A stretch of DNA of 64,000 nt, taken from the NCBI GenBank assembly GCA_937864465.1, contig CALMJU010000082.1:41155-105154 (forward strand). Direction: 5' to 3'. Position numbers and translations under genes: made by a program. This DNA comes from an uncultured Acidobacteriota bacterium. GTDB taxonomy: Bacteria; Acidobacteriota; Polarisedimenticolia; Polarisedimenticolales; JAIQFR01. Positions 34,072-41,347 of the stretch are shown here, piece by piece. The first letter of the stretch is position 1. Each line of letters opens with the position of its first letter. Below the pieces are notes generated by a model, which saw only the letters and a program-made list of their open reading frames with translations, ran no database searches and was not told the origin of the DNA.

Positions 34072-35223
34072 TCAGGCCGGCAGCGGGGCGCCCGCGGCGG
34101 CGACCGCACGCTCCCTCTCCCGGATCGCCTCGGCCTGGAGCTCCGAGAAGTACATGGCCAGGGGCCGATAGGCCAGGTGCGCCCACTTGCTGAAGGGGAC
34201 CTCGAGCCCGAGCATCGGCACCACGCCCATCATGTGGACGACGTAGACGACGTTCGCGGCCACGTCCAGGTGGAAGACGCGGTAGAGGACGTTCTGGAGG
34301 ATGCCGGTGCCGGCCACGAACACGAGCAGGATCAGGAAGATCCAGTCGGTCTCGTGGGAGTGCTTGTAATGGGTCTCCTCCTTGCGGATGCGGCCGCGCA
34401 GCGCGTAGATCGAGGTGCCCAGGAGCCCGATCGTCGCGAGGTACCCGAACCCGTGCGCCGCCCACACGGTCCGCTCGCTGTGCATGGCGTGCAGGAAGAA
34501 CATGATGAGGACGAGCATCGTCGTGTAGCTGAGCATGAGGGCGAGGTGGATCGCCCAGGGGCGCTTCTTCCCGCACTCCGCATACCGCTTTTGCGTGAAG
34601 AAGTGGACCGGCAGGAGGAACGCCTGCCGGAGATACGCCAGGGGTGGGATCCGGAGCGTGCGGTCCTTTCCGATGCTGAACCACCACATCCGCGCGCAGT
34701 TGATGCCCAGGAACGCCGCGAGGACGCAGCCCAGGATCCAGTCGAAGACGTGCACCGCCCCGGTCGTCAGAAACGCTCCCTCCCCGGCGTAGACCCCGAG
34801 GTGGCCCCCGCCCCAGCGGAATCCGAACAGCAGGAACCCCGCTCCCGTCAGCAGCGCGACGAGAAGGATGGCCGCGAGCTCGGCCTTCCACGATCGGTAG
34901 AAGAGCTTCGAGATCCCCGTGAAGTCGTAGCGCGACGTGAGCCACCGGCGCATGCTCATCATGGTCTCGCCCGGCTCCGCCTCCCTGGGGCACTCCTCCG
35001 AGCACTCCCCGCAGTAGTAGCAGAGCCAGGGCTCGAGATTCCCGAGCAGCTTCTCCTCGAGCCCCATCTGCAGGTAGCGCATCGACTTCCTCGGGAAGAG
35101 GAACGGCTCCCGCGAGAAGGGGCAGACGGCGCTGCAGTTGCCGCAGTGGTAGCACTTCGCGACGTCCTCCGCGCCGTAGTGCTCCAGCTCCTCGACCAGC
35201 CTGGGATTGGCCCGGATCGCCAT
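34072..35223 (-). CDS. QmoC-like fusion: HdrC-type 2x[4Fe-4S] domain + HdrE/NarI-like polytopic membrane domain
   Basis: 383 aa from ATG 35223. The N-terminus has CYHCGNCSAVCP and CYYCGECSEECP. About six hydrophobic helices with multiple conserved-looking His follow (HVFDW, AIHLAL, HAMH, VVHMMG, WAHLAY). Confidence 0.8.
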   Translation of the reverse strand: MAIRANPRLVEELEHYGAEDVAKCYHCGNCSAVCPFSREPFLFPRKSMRYLQMGLEEKLLGNLEPWLCYYCGECSEECPREAEPGETMMSMRRWLTSRYDFTGISKLFYRSWKAELAAILLVALLTGAGFLLFGFRWGGGHLGVYAGEGAFLTTGAVHVFDWILGCVLAAFLGINCARMWWFSIGKDRTLRIPPLAYLRQAFLLPVHFFTQKRYAECGKKRPWAIHLALMLSYTTMLVLIMFFLHAMHSERTVWAAHGFGYLATIGLLGTSIYALRGRIRKEETHYKHSHETDWIFLILLVFVAGTGILQNVLYRVFHLDVAANVVYVVHMMGVVPMLGLEVPFSKWAHLAYRPLAMYFSELQAEAIRERERAVAAAGAPLPA

Positions 35224-35237
35224 GCCGACTCCCTCCG

Positions 35238-37058
35238 TCACGCCCCCGCGAGGGCCCGTGCGCGAGATTCGATCTCCTCGACCGTCAGGCTCGCGCGCGA
35301 TCCCTGGCCGCGGCCGCTGACCACACTCTTGAGCACGCGGGCGGCGACGGCCGAGGCCTGCGCCACCGCGTCCGGGATGTCCTTCGGTCCCTGGCACACC
35401 CCCGCGACGTGGATCCCGCCGCGCTCGGTGCCCGTCGGGTCGATGTTGTAGTCCGTCTCGCGGAACCATCCGTCCTCGTCCCGGTCGATCCCGAGGATCC
35501 CGGCGAGCCGGTCGGAGGCGCACGCGGGCTCGAGGCCGACCGACAGGAGGACCATGTCCACGGGGAACTCCACGAGACGGTCCTTGAGGATGTCCTCGCC
35601 CTTGATCGTCATGCGGCCGTCCTTCTCGACGACCTTCGCCGAGCGGCCGCGAACGACGAAGACCTCCTCGAGGCGGATCCGCTCGAAGAACTCCTCGTAC
35701 CCCTTTCCGAACGCGCGCATGTCGATGTAGAACTCGTAGCAGACGGCGTCGGGGAGCTTCTCCTTGACCAGGTGGGCGAACTTCAAGGAGTACATGCAGC
35801 AGACCCTGCTGCAGTACGGGTTGTACTTCTTGTCCCGCGAGCCGACGCAGTGGACGATCGCGACGCTTCCGGGCCGGGGGCCCTCGGCGTCGAAGACCCA
35901 CTCGTCCTGCTTCGTGCGCTTGTTGCGCCGGAGCGTCTTCATGACGATCGCGCCGCCCGTCGGTCCGGACGCGTTCGTCAGCCGCTCGAACTCGAGGGCG
36001 GTGAGGACGTTGGGATGGACGCCGTAGCCGTAACGCTCGATCCTCCGGGCGTCGAAGACGTCGTAGCCCGTGGCCACGACGATGCTGCCCACCTCGATCT
36101 CGACCACCTCGTCGCGGTCGTCGAAATGGATCAGCTCCTTCGCGCACTTGCGGAGGCAGGCCCCGCACTTCTTGCCGCCGCTCAGGATGTACGTGCAGGC
36201 GGCGGCGTCGACCAGGTACGCGTTGGGCACCGCCTGGGGGAACGGCATGTAGATCGCCTTGCGCGTCGTGATCCCGCCGTCGAACTCGCTCGGGACCGCG
36301 ACGGGGCAGACCTCCATGCAGGCGTGGCACGCCACGCACGCGTCCGGGTCCACGAAGCGCGCCTTCTTCAGGACCTTCACGCGGTAGGCCCCCGGCTCCC
36401 CGGCGACGTCCTGCACCTCCGCGTAGGTCATCAGGTCGATCTTCTCGTGCTGCCCCACGGCCACCATCTTCGGCGTGAGGATGCAGGCCGCGCAGTCGAG
36501 CGTGGGGAACGTCTTGTCGAACATCGCCATGTGGCCGCCGATGGTGCCGGTCTTCTCGACGAGGTACACCTTCTGGCCCGCGTCGGCGATCTCGAGGGCC
36601 GCCTGGATGCCGGCCACCCCTCCGCCGATGACGAGCGTGGCCGGGTTCACCGCCGTGGGCCGGGGCGATGCCGCGAGGCCGAAGGGGACCCCGTGCACCG
36701 CGCAGGCGACGACGGCCTTCGCCCTCTCGGTGCCGTCGTCGGCGCCGGCCCCGTGCTGGCGGAACGAGGCGAGACGCACCTCCGTCGGCTCGCCGCCTGC
36801 GAGGGCGACGGCCCGGGTGAACGCCGGCTTGAAGTGACCGGGGGAATCGCCGGCCACGACGACGACCTTGAGGTCCCTCTTCTTGATCTCGTGAGCCAGG
36901 ACCTCCGGGTCCGGCGCGGGCCGCGGGGAGCGGACCTCGACGTGCGCGACACCGGGGAGCCCGCGCGCGTACTCCGCGACGGCGTCCCAGTCCACGGGCA
37001 TGGGAAGGGCCGCCTCCTTCTGGCAGAAGTAGACTCCGATCTTCTTCGGGACGCCCAT
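35238..37058 (-). CDS. HdrA-like flavoprotein (QmoA-like): degenerate N-terminal domain + FAD domain + inserted ferredoxin domain, no C-terminal ferredoxin
   Basis: 606 aa from ATG 37058. Motifs present are GGGVAGIQAALEI, FPTLDCAACILTPK, CSRVCCM and the inserted CVACHACMEVCP...CGACLRKC. The N-terminus reads IGVYFCQKE instead of the CxCGxN cluster motif. It ends after the FAD domain. Confidence 0.88.
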   Translation of the reverse strand: MGVPKKIGVYFCQKEAALPMPVDWDAVAEYARGLPGVAHVEVRSPRPAPDPEVLAHEIKKRDLKVVVVAGDSPGHFKPAFTRAVALAGGEPTEVRLASFRQHGAGADDGTERAKAVVACAVHGVPFGLAASPRPTAVNPATLVIGGGVAGIQAALEIADAGQKVYLVEKTGTIGGHMAMFDKTFPTLDCAACILTPKMVAVGQHEKIDLMTYAEVQDVAGEPGAYRVKVLKKARFVDPDACVACHACMEVCPVAVPSEFDGGITTRKAIYMPFPQAVPNAYLVDAAACTYILSGGKKCGACLRKCAKELIHFDDRDEVVEIEVGSIVVATGYDVFDARRIERYGYGVHPNVLTALEFERLTNASGPTGGAIVMKTLRRNKRTKQDEWVFDAEGPRPGSVAIVHCVGSRDKKYNPYCSRVCCMYSLKFAHLVKEKLPDAVCYEFYIDMRAFGKGYEEFFERIRLEEVFVVRGRSAKVVEKDGRMTIKGEDILKDRLVEFPVDMVLLSVGLEPACASDRLAGILGIDRDEDGWFRETDYNIDPTGTERGGIHVAGVCQGPKDIPDAVAQASAVAARVLKSVVSGRGQGSRASLTVEEIESRARALAGA

Positions 37059-37080
37059 GGGTCTAGACTCCGCTCCTCGG

Positions 37081-37098
37081 CAGGACGCGAGCGTCCTG
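37081..37098. repeat. Inverted repeat CAGGACGC-ga-GCGTCCTG (8-bp arms)
   Basis: Read directly from the sequence. It lies 23-40 nt upstream of the hdrA-like start at 37058, so it is in the 5' leader or operator region of the minus-strand operon. Function is unknown. Confidence 0.5.
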
Positions 37099-37125
37099 GA
37101 GACGGTTGGACGGTGGGGCGGGACG

Positions 37126-37143
37126 GCGACCGCGCGCGGTCGC
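37126..37143. repeat. Perfect 18-bp palindrome GCGACCGCGCGCGGTCGC
   Basis: Read directly from the sequence, in the 419-bp divergent intergenic region. Function is unknown, and GC-rich palindromes can arise by chance. Confidence 0.4.
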
Positions 37144-37400
37144 GGCGGTCCCCCTCGGGCCGGGAGCCCCGGCGCCGAAACGGAACGAGAACGAGGGCTG
37201 TCGGGATCGCATCCGGCCTCTTCGTCCGCCCACCCGGGAGGGGATCTCGTGGGGGACGTCGGCACGAGCCACGAACCGACCGCGGACCTCCTGGCCGCCG
37301 ATTCTACACCTTCTGGTCCGGAGTCAAGAGGCCCCTCAGGCCCCCGGCGAGAGGGCGCGAGACGTCTTCCCGACGGGCCGTTTCTCGACCGGCGGAGAGC

Positions 37401-37430
37401 TTGACACGGGTCTCGAGGGGGGGCTAGCGT
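37401..37430 (+). promoter_or_regulatory. Sigma-70-type promoter candidate (TTGACA-18-TAGCGT) for the receiver gene
   Basis: A perfect -35 TTGACA at 37401-37406, an 18-nt spacer, and a weak -10 TAGCGT at 37425-37430. It lies 48 nt upstream of ATG 37478. Confidence 0.3.
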
Positions 37431-37477
37431 ACCGGGCGGCATCGGTTTCGCCGCATCCGGCGTCACCCGAGGTGAAG

Positions 37478-37909
37478 ATGGAAGCCCCCAAGAAGCTCCT
37501 CATGATCGACGACGACAAGATCTTGCTCGATGTCTTCCGGGTCGTGTGCGAGGCGAAGGGGTACGAGTTCCACGGAGCGTGCTCCGCGGCCGAGGGGATG
37601 ACGAAGATCCTGGAGGTCGGACCGGACGCAATCATCCTGGACGTGATGATGGAGGACTTCGTCGCCGGGTACCGGGTGCTGAGCGAGCTCAGGACGCCCG
37701 GCCCCGGGTCCGAGTTCGCGCGGTTCTCCCGGGTCCCGATCATTCTCCTGACCGGCGTCGCGTCGAGGACGAACGCGTCGCTCCGCGACCGGGTCGGCAC
37801 GGCCCTCCTCCCCGTGGACGCGTACGTCGAGAAGCCGGTCGAGCCGGCGGAGATGCTGGCGGTGATCGACCGGGTCCTGGCCGCGAGGGGGCCGGACGCC
37901 GGGGCGTAG
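37478..37909 (+). CDS. Stand-alone response regulator receiver (CheY-like)
   Basis: 143 aa from ATG 37478. It has the acidic pocket MIDDD, the phospho-acceptor context AIILDVMM, and T/K positions (LLTGV, EKP). There is no output domain. Confidence 0.85.
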   Translation: MEAPKKLLMIDDDKILLDVFRVVCEAKGYEFHGACSAAEGMTKILEVGPDAIILDVMMEDFVAGYRVLSELRTPGPGSEFARFSRVPIILLTGVASRTNASLRDRVGTALLPVDAYVEKPVEPAEMLAVIDRVLAARGPDAGA

Positions 37910-37923
37910 GGCGGCAGGGAGCG

Positions 37924-38409
37924 TCAGCGTCCCGCGGAGGCCGCGAGCCAGTCGTCGAGGATCCCGGCGGCGGCCTCGACGAACCGGGGCATCGCCGAGG
38001 CGACCGCGGGGGAGAGCGCCTCGCGAATCGTGAAGGGGTCCTCGACCTCGATCGACAGCACGCGCAGTTCCCCCGGCATCTCGGATCCGAGGCGGCGGCC
38101 GAGCGCGAGCACCTCGGGGAGCCCGGCGTAGTGCGGGGACGGAGCCAGGACGCCGCGGAAGGATTCCGGAGCCATCTCACGTACCGTTCCGGGGGGGAAC
38201 GCCCCGGAGCGGATCGAATCGAGGATCAGGACGCGACGGCGTCCCTCGATCAGCTCGAGAAGCGCTAGCCCGGCCTCGCCCGACTCGACGATCGCCACGC
38301 GGTCCCGGTACCGGGAGGCGAGAGTCCGGGCGGCGAGGGGCCCGGCCGCGTCGTCGCCCAGCAGGTCGTTGCCGAGGGCGAGCACCAGATCCGCCGGGCC
38401 TCGCGTCAC
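37924..38409 (-). CDS. [NiFe] hydrogenase maturation endopeptidase, copy 2
   Basis: GTG 38409 forms a GTGA overlap with the large-subunit stop, giving 161 aa. The motif LALGNDLLGDDAAG and the conserved SPH region are present. Confidence 0.85.
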   Translation of the reverse strand: MTRGPADLVLALGNDLLGDDAAGPLAARTLASRYRDRVAIVESGEAGLALLELIEGRRRVLILDSIRSGAFPPGTVREMAPESFRGVLAPSPHYAGLPEVLALGRRLGSEMPGELRVLSIEVEDPFTIREALSPAVASAMPRFVEAAAGILDDWLAASAGR

Positions 38410-39869
38410 CGGCGGATCTCGTCGATCACGCGGCCGGCCCGGTCCAGGATCCGGAGGACGAGCGGCACCTGGCCCGGCAGCGAGTGCGTGGCGCAGCCGT
38501 GGCAGGGGTCGTAGGCGCGGAACGCCATCTCGACGCGGTTCAGGAGGCCCTCCCGCACCTCCCCGCCGCGGATCATCTCCTTGGCCGCCTTCTCGACCCC
38601 CATGGCCATCCGCGCGGAGTTGCCCTGGGTGGCGACGATCAGGTTCGCGCGGACGATCCGTCCGTCCCCGTCGGTCTCGTAGTGGTGAAAGAGCGTCCCT
38701 CGCGGCGCCTCGACGGCACCCACGCCGACCCGGGGCACGGCGGTCGGGAGATTCCGAAGATCCGCTCCCGCGATCTCCGGGTCCGCGAGCAGGTCCCGGA
38801 TCCTCTCCGCCGCTTGCACCATCTCGACGACGCGCGCCCAGTGGTTGGCGAGCGTGTAGTGGACCGGCTTCGGGCCGAGGGCCGCGTAGAGCTCGTCGTG
38901 AGCCGCCTGCGCCTCCTCGGTCGCCATCCCTTCGGAAGCGTTGAGGCGGGCCATCGGGGCGACGGAGTACACGCCGCTGTCCCGGCCGTCCACGAACCCC
39001 TTCCAGCCGACCGGCTTCAGGTAGCAGAACTTGACGTAGCTCCACGGCTCCACGTGCTCGGCGACGAAATCGAGGTAGCGGTGAGCGGGGAACTTCGCGT
39101 ACTCGCTTCCCTCGGGGTCGACCACCCGCAGATCGCCGTCGTAGAAGTCCACGCGGTTCCTCGCGTCGACCATTCCCATCGAGTAGGTGCGGTGCGTGTA
39201 TGCCTCGGCGGTGATCATCCTGAGGTAGGCGTCGTTTCCGAGAACGAGATCGCGGAAGACCCGGAGCGTGAAGCGGGCGAAGTCCACGGCTTCGTCGGCG
39301 AGCGCGCGGAATGCGGGGAGATCCTCGGGAGAGACCCCCTTCGCCACGCCGCCGGGGAGCCCGAGCACGGGGTGGATCGCCTTGCCGCCGATCCGGCCGA
39401 TCAGCTCCCGGAGCCGCCGCCGCATCGAGATCACGCGGCGCCCCGCGTCGGCGCCGACCTTGGCGATGACGCCGGAGACGTTGCGGAGCGAGGGGGGCGC
39501 GTCCGGCCCGACGATGAAGTCGGGACCGCCGAGGACGTAGACGTGCAGCGCATGGTCCTCGAGCATGAAGGCGTTGTATACGAGCTCGCGGACCTTTCGC
39601 GCCGTCGGCGTGGGCTCCACCGAGTACAGGGCGTCGAGCGCCTTGGTCGCGGCCATGTGGTGCGCCGTCGGGCAGACCCCGCAGATGCGGCTCGTGATCT
39701 GCGGCATGTCCTCCGCCGGGCGGCCGACGCTGAACACCTCGAACCCGCGCAGCTCGGGAACCTGGAAAAAGGCGCGCTCGACGTCCCCTCGCTCGTCCAG
39801 GAAGATGTCGATCTTTCCGTGTCCCTCGAGCCTCGTGATCGGGTCCACCGTGATTCTTCGCGTGTCCAT
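38406..39869 (-). CDS. mvhA: [NiFe] hydrogenase large subunit, group 3c (MvhA-like), copy 2
   Basis: 487 aa with the motifs RICGVCPTAH and DPCHGCATH. It is collinear with copy 1 along its full length by eye. Confidence 0.94.
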   Translation of the reverse strand: MDTRRITVDPITRLEGHGKIDIFLDERGDVERAFFQVPELRGFEVFSVGRPAEDMPQITSRICGVCPTAHHMAATKALDALYSVEPTPTARKVRELVYNAFMLEDHALHVYVLGGPDFIVGPDAPPSLRNVSGVIAKVGADAGRRVISMRRRLRELIGRIGGKAIHPVLGLPGGVAKGVSPEDLPAFRALADEAVDFARFTLRVFRDLVLGNDAYLRMITAEAYTHRTYSMGMVDARNRVDFYDGDLRVVDPEGSEYAKFPAHRYLDFVAEHVEPWSYVKFCYLKPVGWKGFVDGRDSGVYSVAPMARLNASEGMATEEAQAAHDELYAALGPKPVHYTLANHWARVVEMVQAAERIRDLLADPEIAGADLRNLPTAVPRVGVGAVEAPRGTLFHHYETDGDGRIVRANLIVATQGNSARMAMGVEKAAKEMIRGGEVREGLLNRVEMAFRAYDPCHGCATHSLPGQVPLVLRILDRAGRVIDEIRR

Positions 39870-39909
39870 CCGAACCTCGATCGCCGCCGCGGGGCGGCCG
39901 GAGGGCGCG

Positions 39910-40902
39910 TCAGCGGGCCTCTCGGGGATCGACCGGGAGGCCGGCCTTCCTCCTGAGGATCGAGCGCGCGAGACCGTAGCGGTAGAACGTCCCGATCGGG
40001 TCGGGAATCCCGTCGAGGACCCGGTCGATGGCGGCGTCGTCCGTGGGCTCGACCGACGAGGCGATCGCGGAGAGCGCCTTCGCGCCCTGGTCGCGCGCCC
40101 GCGACGTCGGCCCGAAGCATCCGGTGCACGGCATGTTCCCGCCGATGCAGGGCGCCTCGCAGCCGCCGCGCGTGGCGGGCCCCATGCAGACGATCCCCTG
40201 CGCGAGGAAGCACGTCGCGGGGTCGAGCGCCACGCGATGCGGGCGCCGGAACTCCTGGTAGGAGAGATCCGTCGGCTTCGAGTCCTTCCGGGGGCACGAC
40301 TCGCAGAGCGCGACGTCGGGGGCCAGGACCGATCCTCGTGGCGGCAGGGTCCCGGCGAGCAGCGCCCGGACGGCCTCGCCGAGGAGCTTCGGGGTCGGCG
40401 GGCAGCCCGGAAGGGAGTAGTCCACCGGCACCAGCTGATCGAGGGAGCGGACGACGTTGTGGAGGTCGGGCAACGTCACGCGGAAGCCGCCCTCGCGGTG
40501 GTCGGACCGCGGGCGGACCCCCTCGGCGTTGTTCGTCGAGGGGGAGTCGTCGTACACCCCGCGCAGGATCTCCTCCCTGGAGAACTGGTTCGCGAGGCCG
40601 GGGATGCCGCCCTGGTGCGCGCAGGAGCCGTAGGCGATGAGGATCCGGCTCTTCCTCCTCAGGAGCCGCGCCATCTCCTCGTGCTCGGAGGTCCGGATCG
40701 CGCCGTTCAGGAACGTCGCCGTGATCGACCCGTCGGCGAGCGATTCGACGTCCTTCTTCTTGAAGTCCATCGCCACCGGCCAGAGCACGAACTCGACGGC
40801 GTCGAGGAGTCCGAGGATCCCCTCGGCGAGGTCCACGGCCGATTCCTCGCATCCGCCGCAGGAGGCGCACCAGTAGAAGGCGATCTTCGGCTTCTCAGGC
40901 AT
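39910..40902 (-). CDS. mvhG: [NiFe] hydrogenase small subunit (MvhG-like), copy 2
   Basis: 330 aa with CASCGGCEES, GSCAHQGGIPG and PGCPP. There is no Tat signal. Confidence 0.9.
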   Translation of the reverse strand: MPEKPKIAFYWCASCGGCEESAVDLAEGILGLLDAVEFVLWPVAMDFKKKDVESLADGSITATFLNGAIRTSEHEEMARLLRRKSRILIAYGSCAHQGGIPGLANQFSREEILRGVYDDSPSTNNAEGVRPRSDHREGGFRVTLPDLHNVVRSLDQLVPVDYSLPGCPPTPKLLGEAVRALLAGTLPPRGSVLAPDVALCESCPRKDSKPTDLSYQEFRRPHRVALDPATCFLAQGIVCMGPATRGGCEAPCIGGNMPCTGCFGPTSRARDQGAKALSAIASSVEPTDDAAIDRVLDGIPDPIGTFYRYGLARSILRRKAGLPVDPREAR

Positions 40903-41347
40903 GGGCGGAGACCTCCTCGTCCCACTCGGCGGCGCGGCCGGGCAGGTCCAGGGGACCGAGCCTGCGGACCTCCTCGACCATCTCGTTGACGACTCGCCGC
41001 ACCTTCTCCCCCTCGGCTGCGGAGATCCACTCGAGGCGGCAGCGCGCCTCCTCGATCCCCATCTCCCGGAGCACCCGGCGGATCATCCGGAATCGCCGGA
41101 GGGCCTTGTAATTCCCCTCGATGTAGTGGCAGTCGCCGGGGTGGCATCCGCCGATGAGCACGCCGTCGGCGCCGCGGGCGAACGCGTCGTAGACGAACTG
41201 CGGGTCCATCCGGCCCGAGCACATGACGCGCACGACGCGGGTGTTGGGCGCGTACTTCATCCGGGACACGCCCGCGAGGTCGGCGGCCGTGTAGGTGCAC
41301 CAGTTGCAGAAGAACGCCACGATCCGCGGTTCCCAGGGTTCAGGCAT
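40895..41347 (-). CDS. mvhD: MvhD/FlpD-type delta subunit, copy 2
   Basis: 150 aa with FFCNWCTY, VMCSGRM and GGCHPGDCHY. Confidence 0.9.
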   Translation of the reverse strand: MPEPWEPRIVAFFCNWCTYTAADLAGVSRMKYAPNTRVVRVMCSGRMDPQFVYDAFARGADGVLIGGCHPGDCHYIEGNYKALRRFRMIRRVLREMGIEEARCRLEWISAAEGEKVRRVVNEMVEEVRRLGPLDLPGRAAEWDEEVSAHA

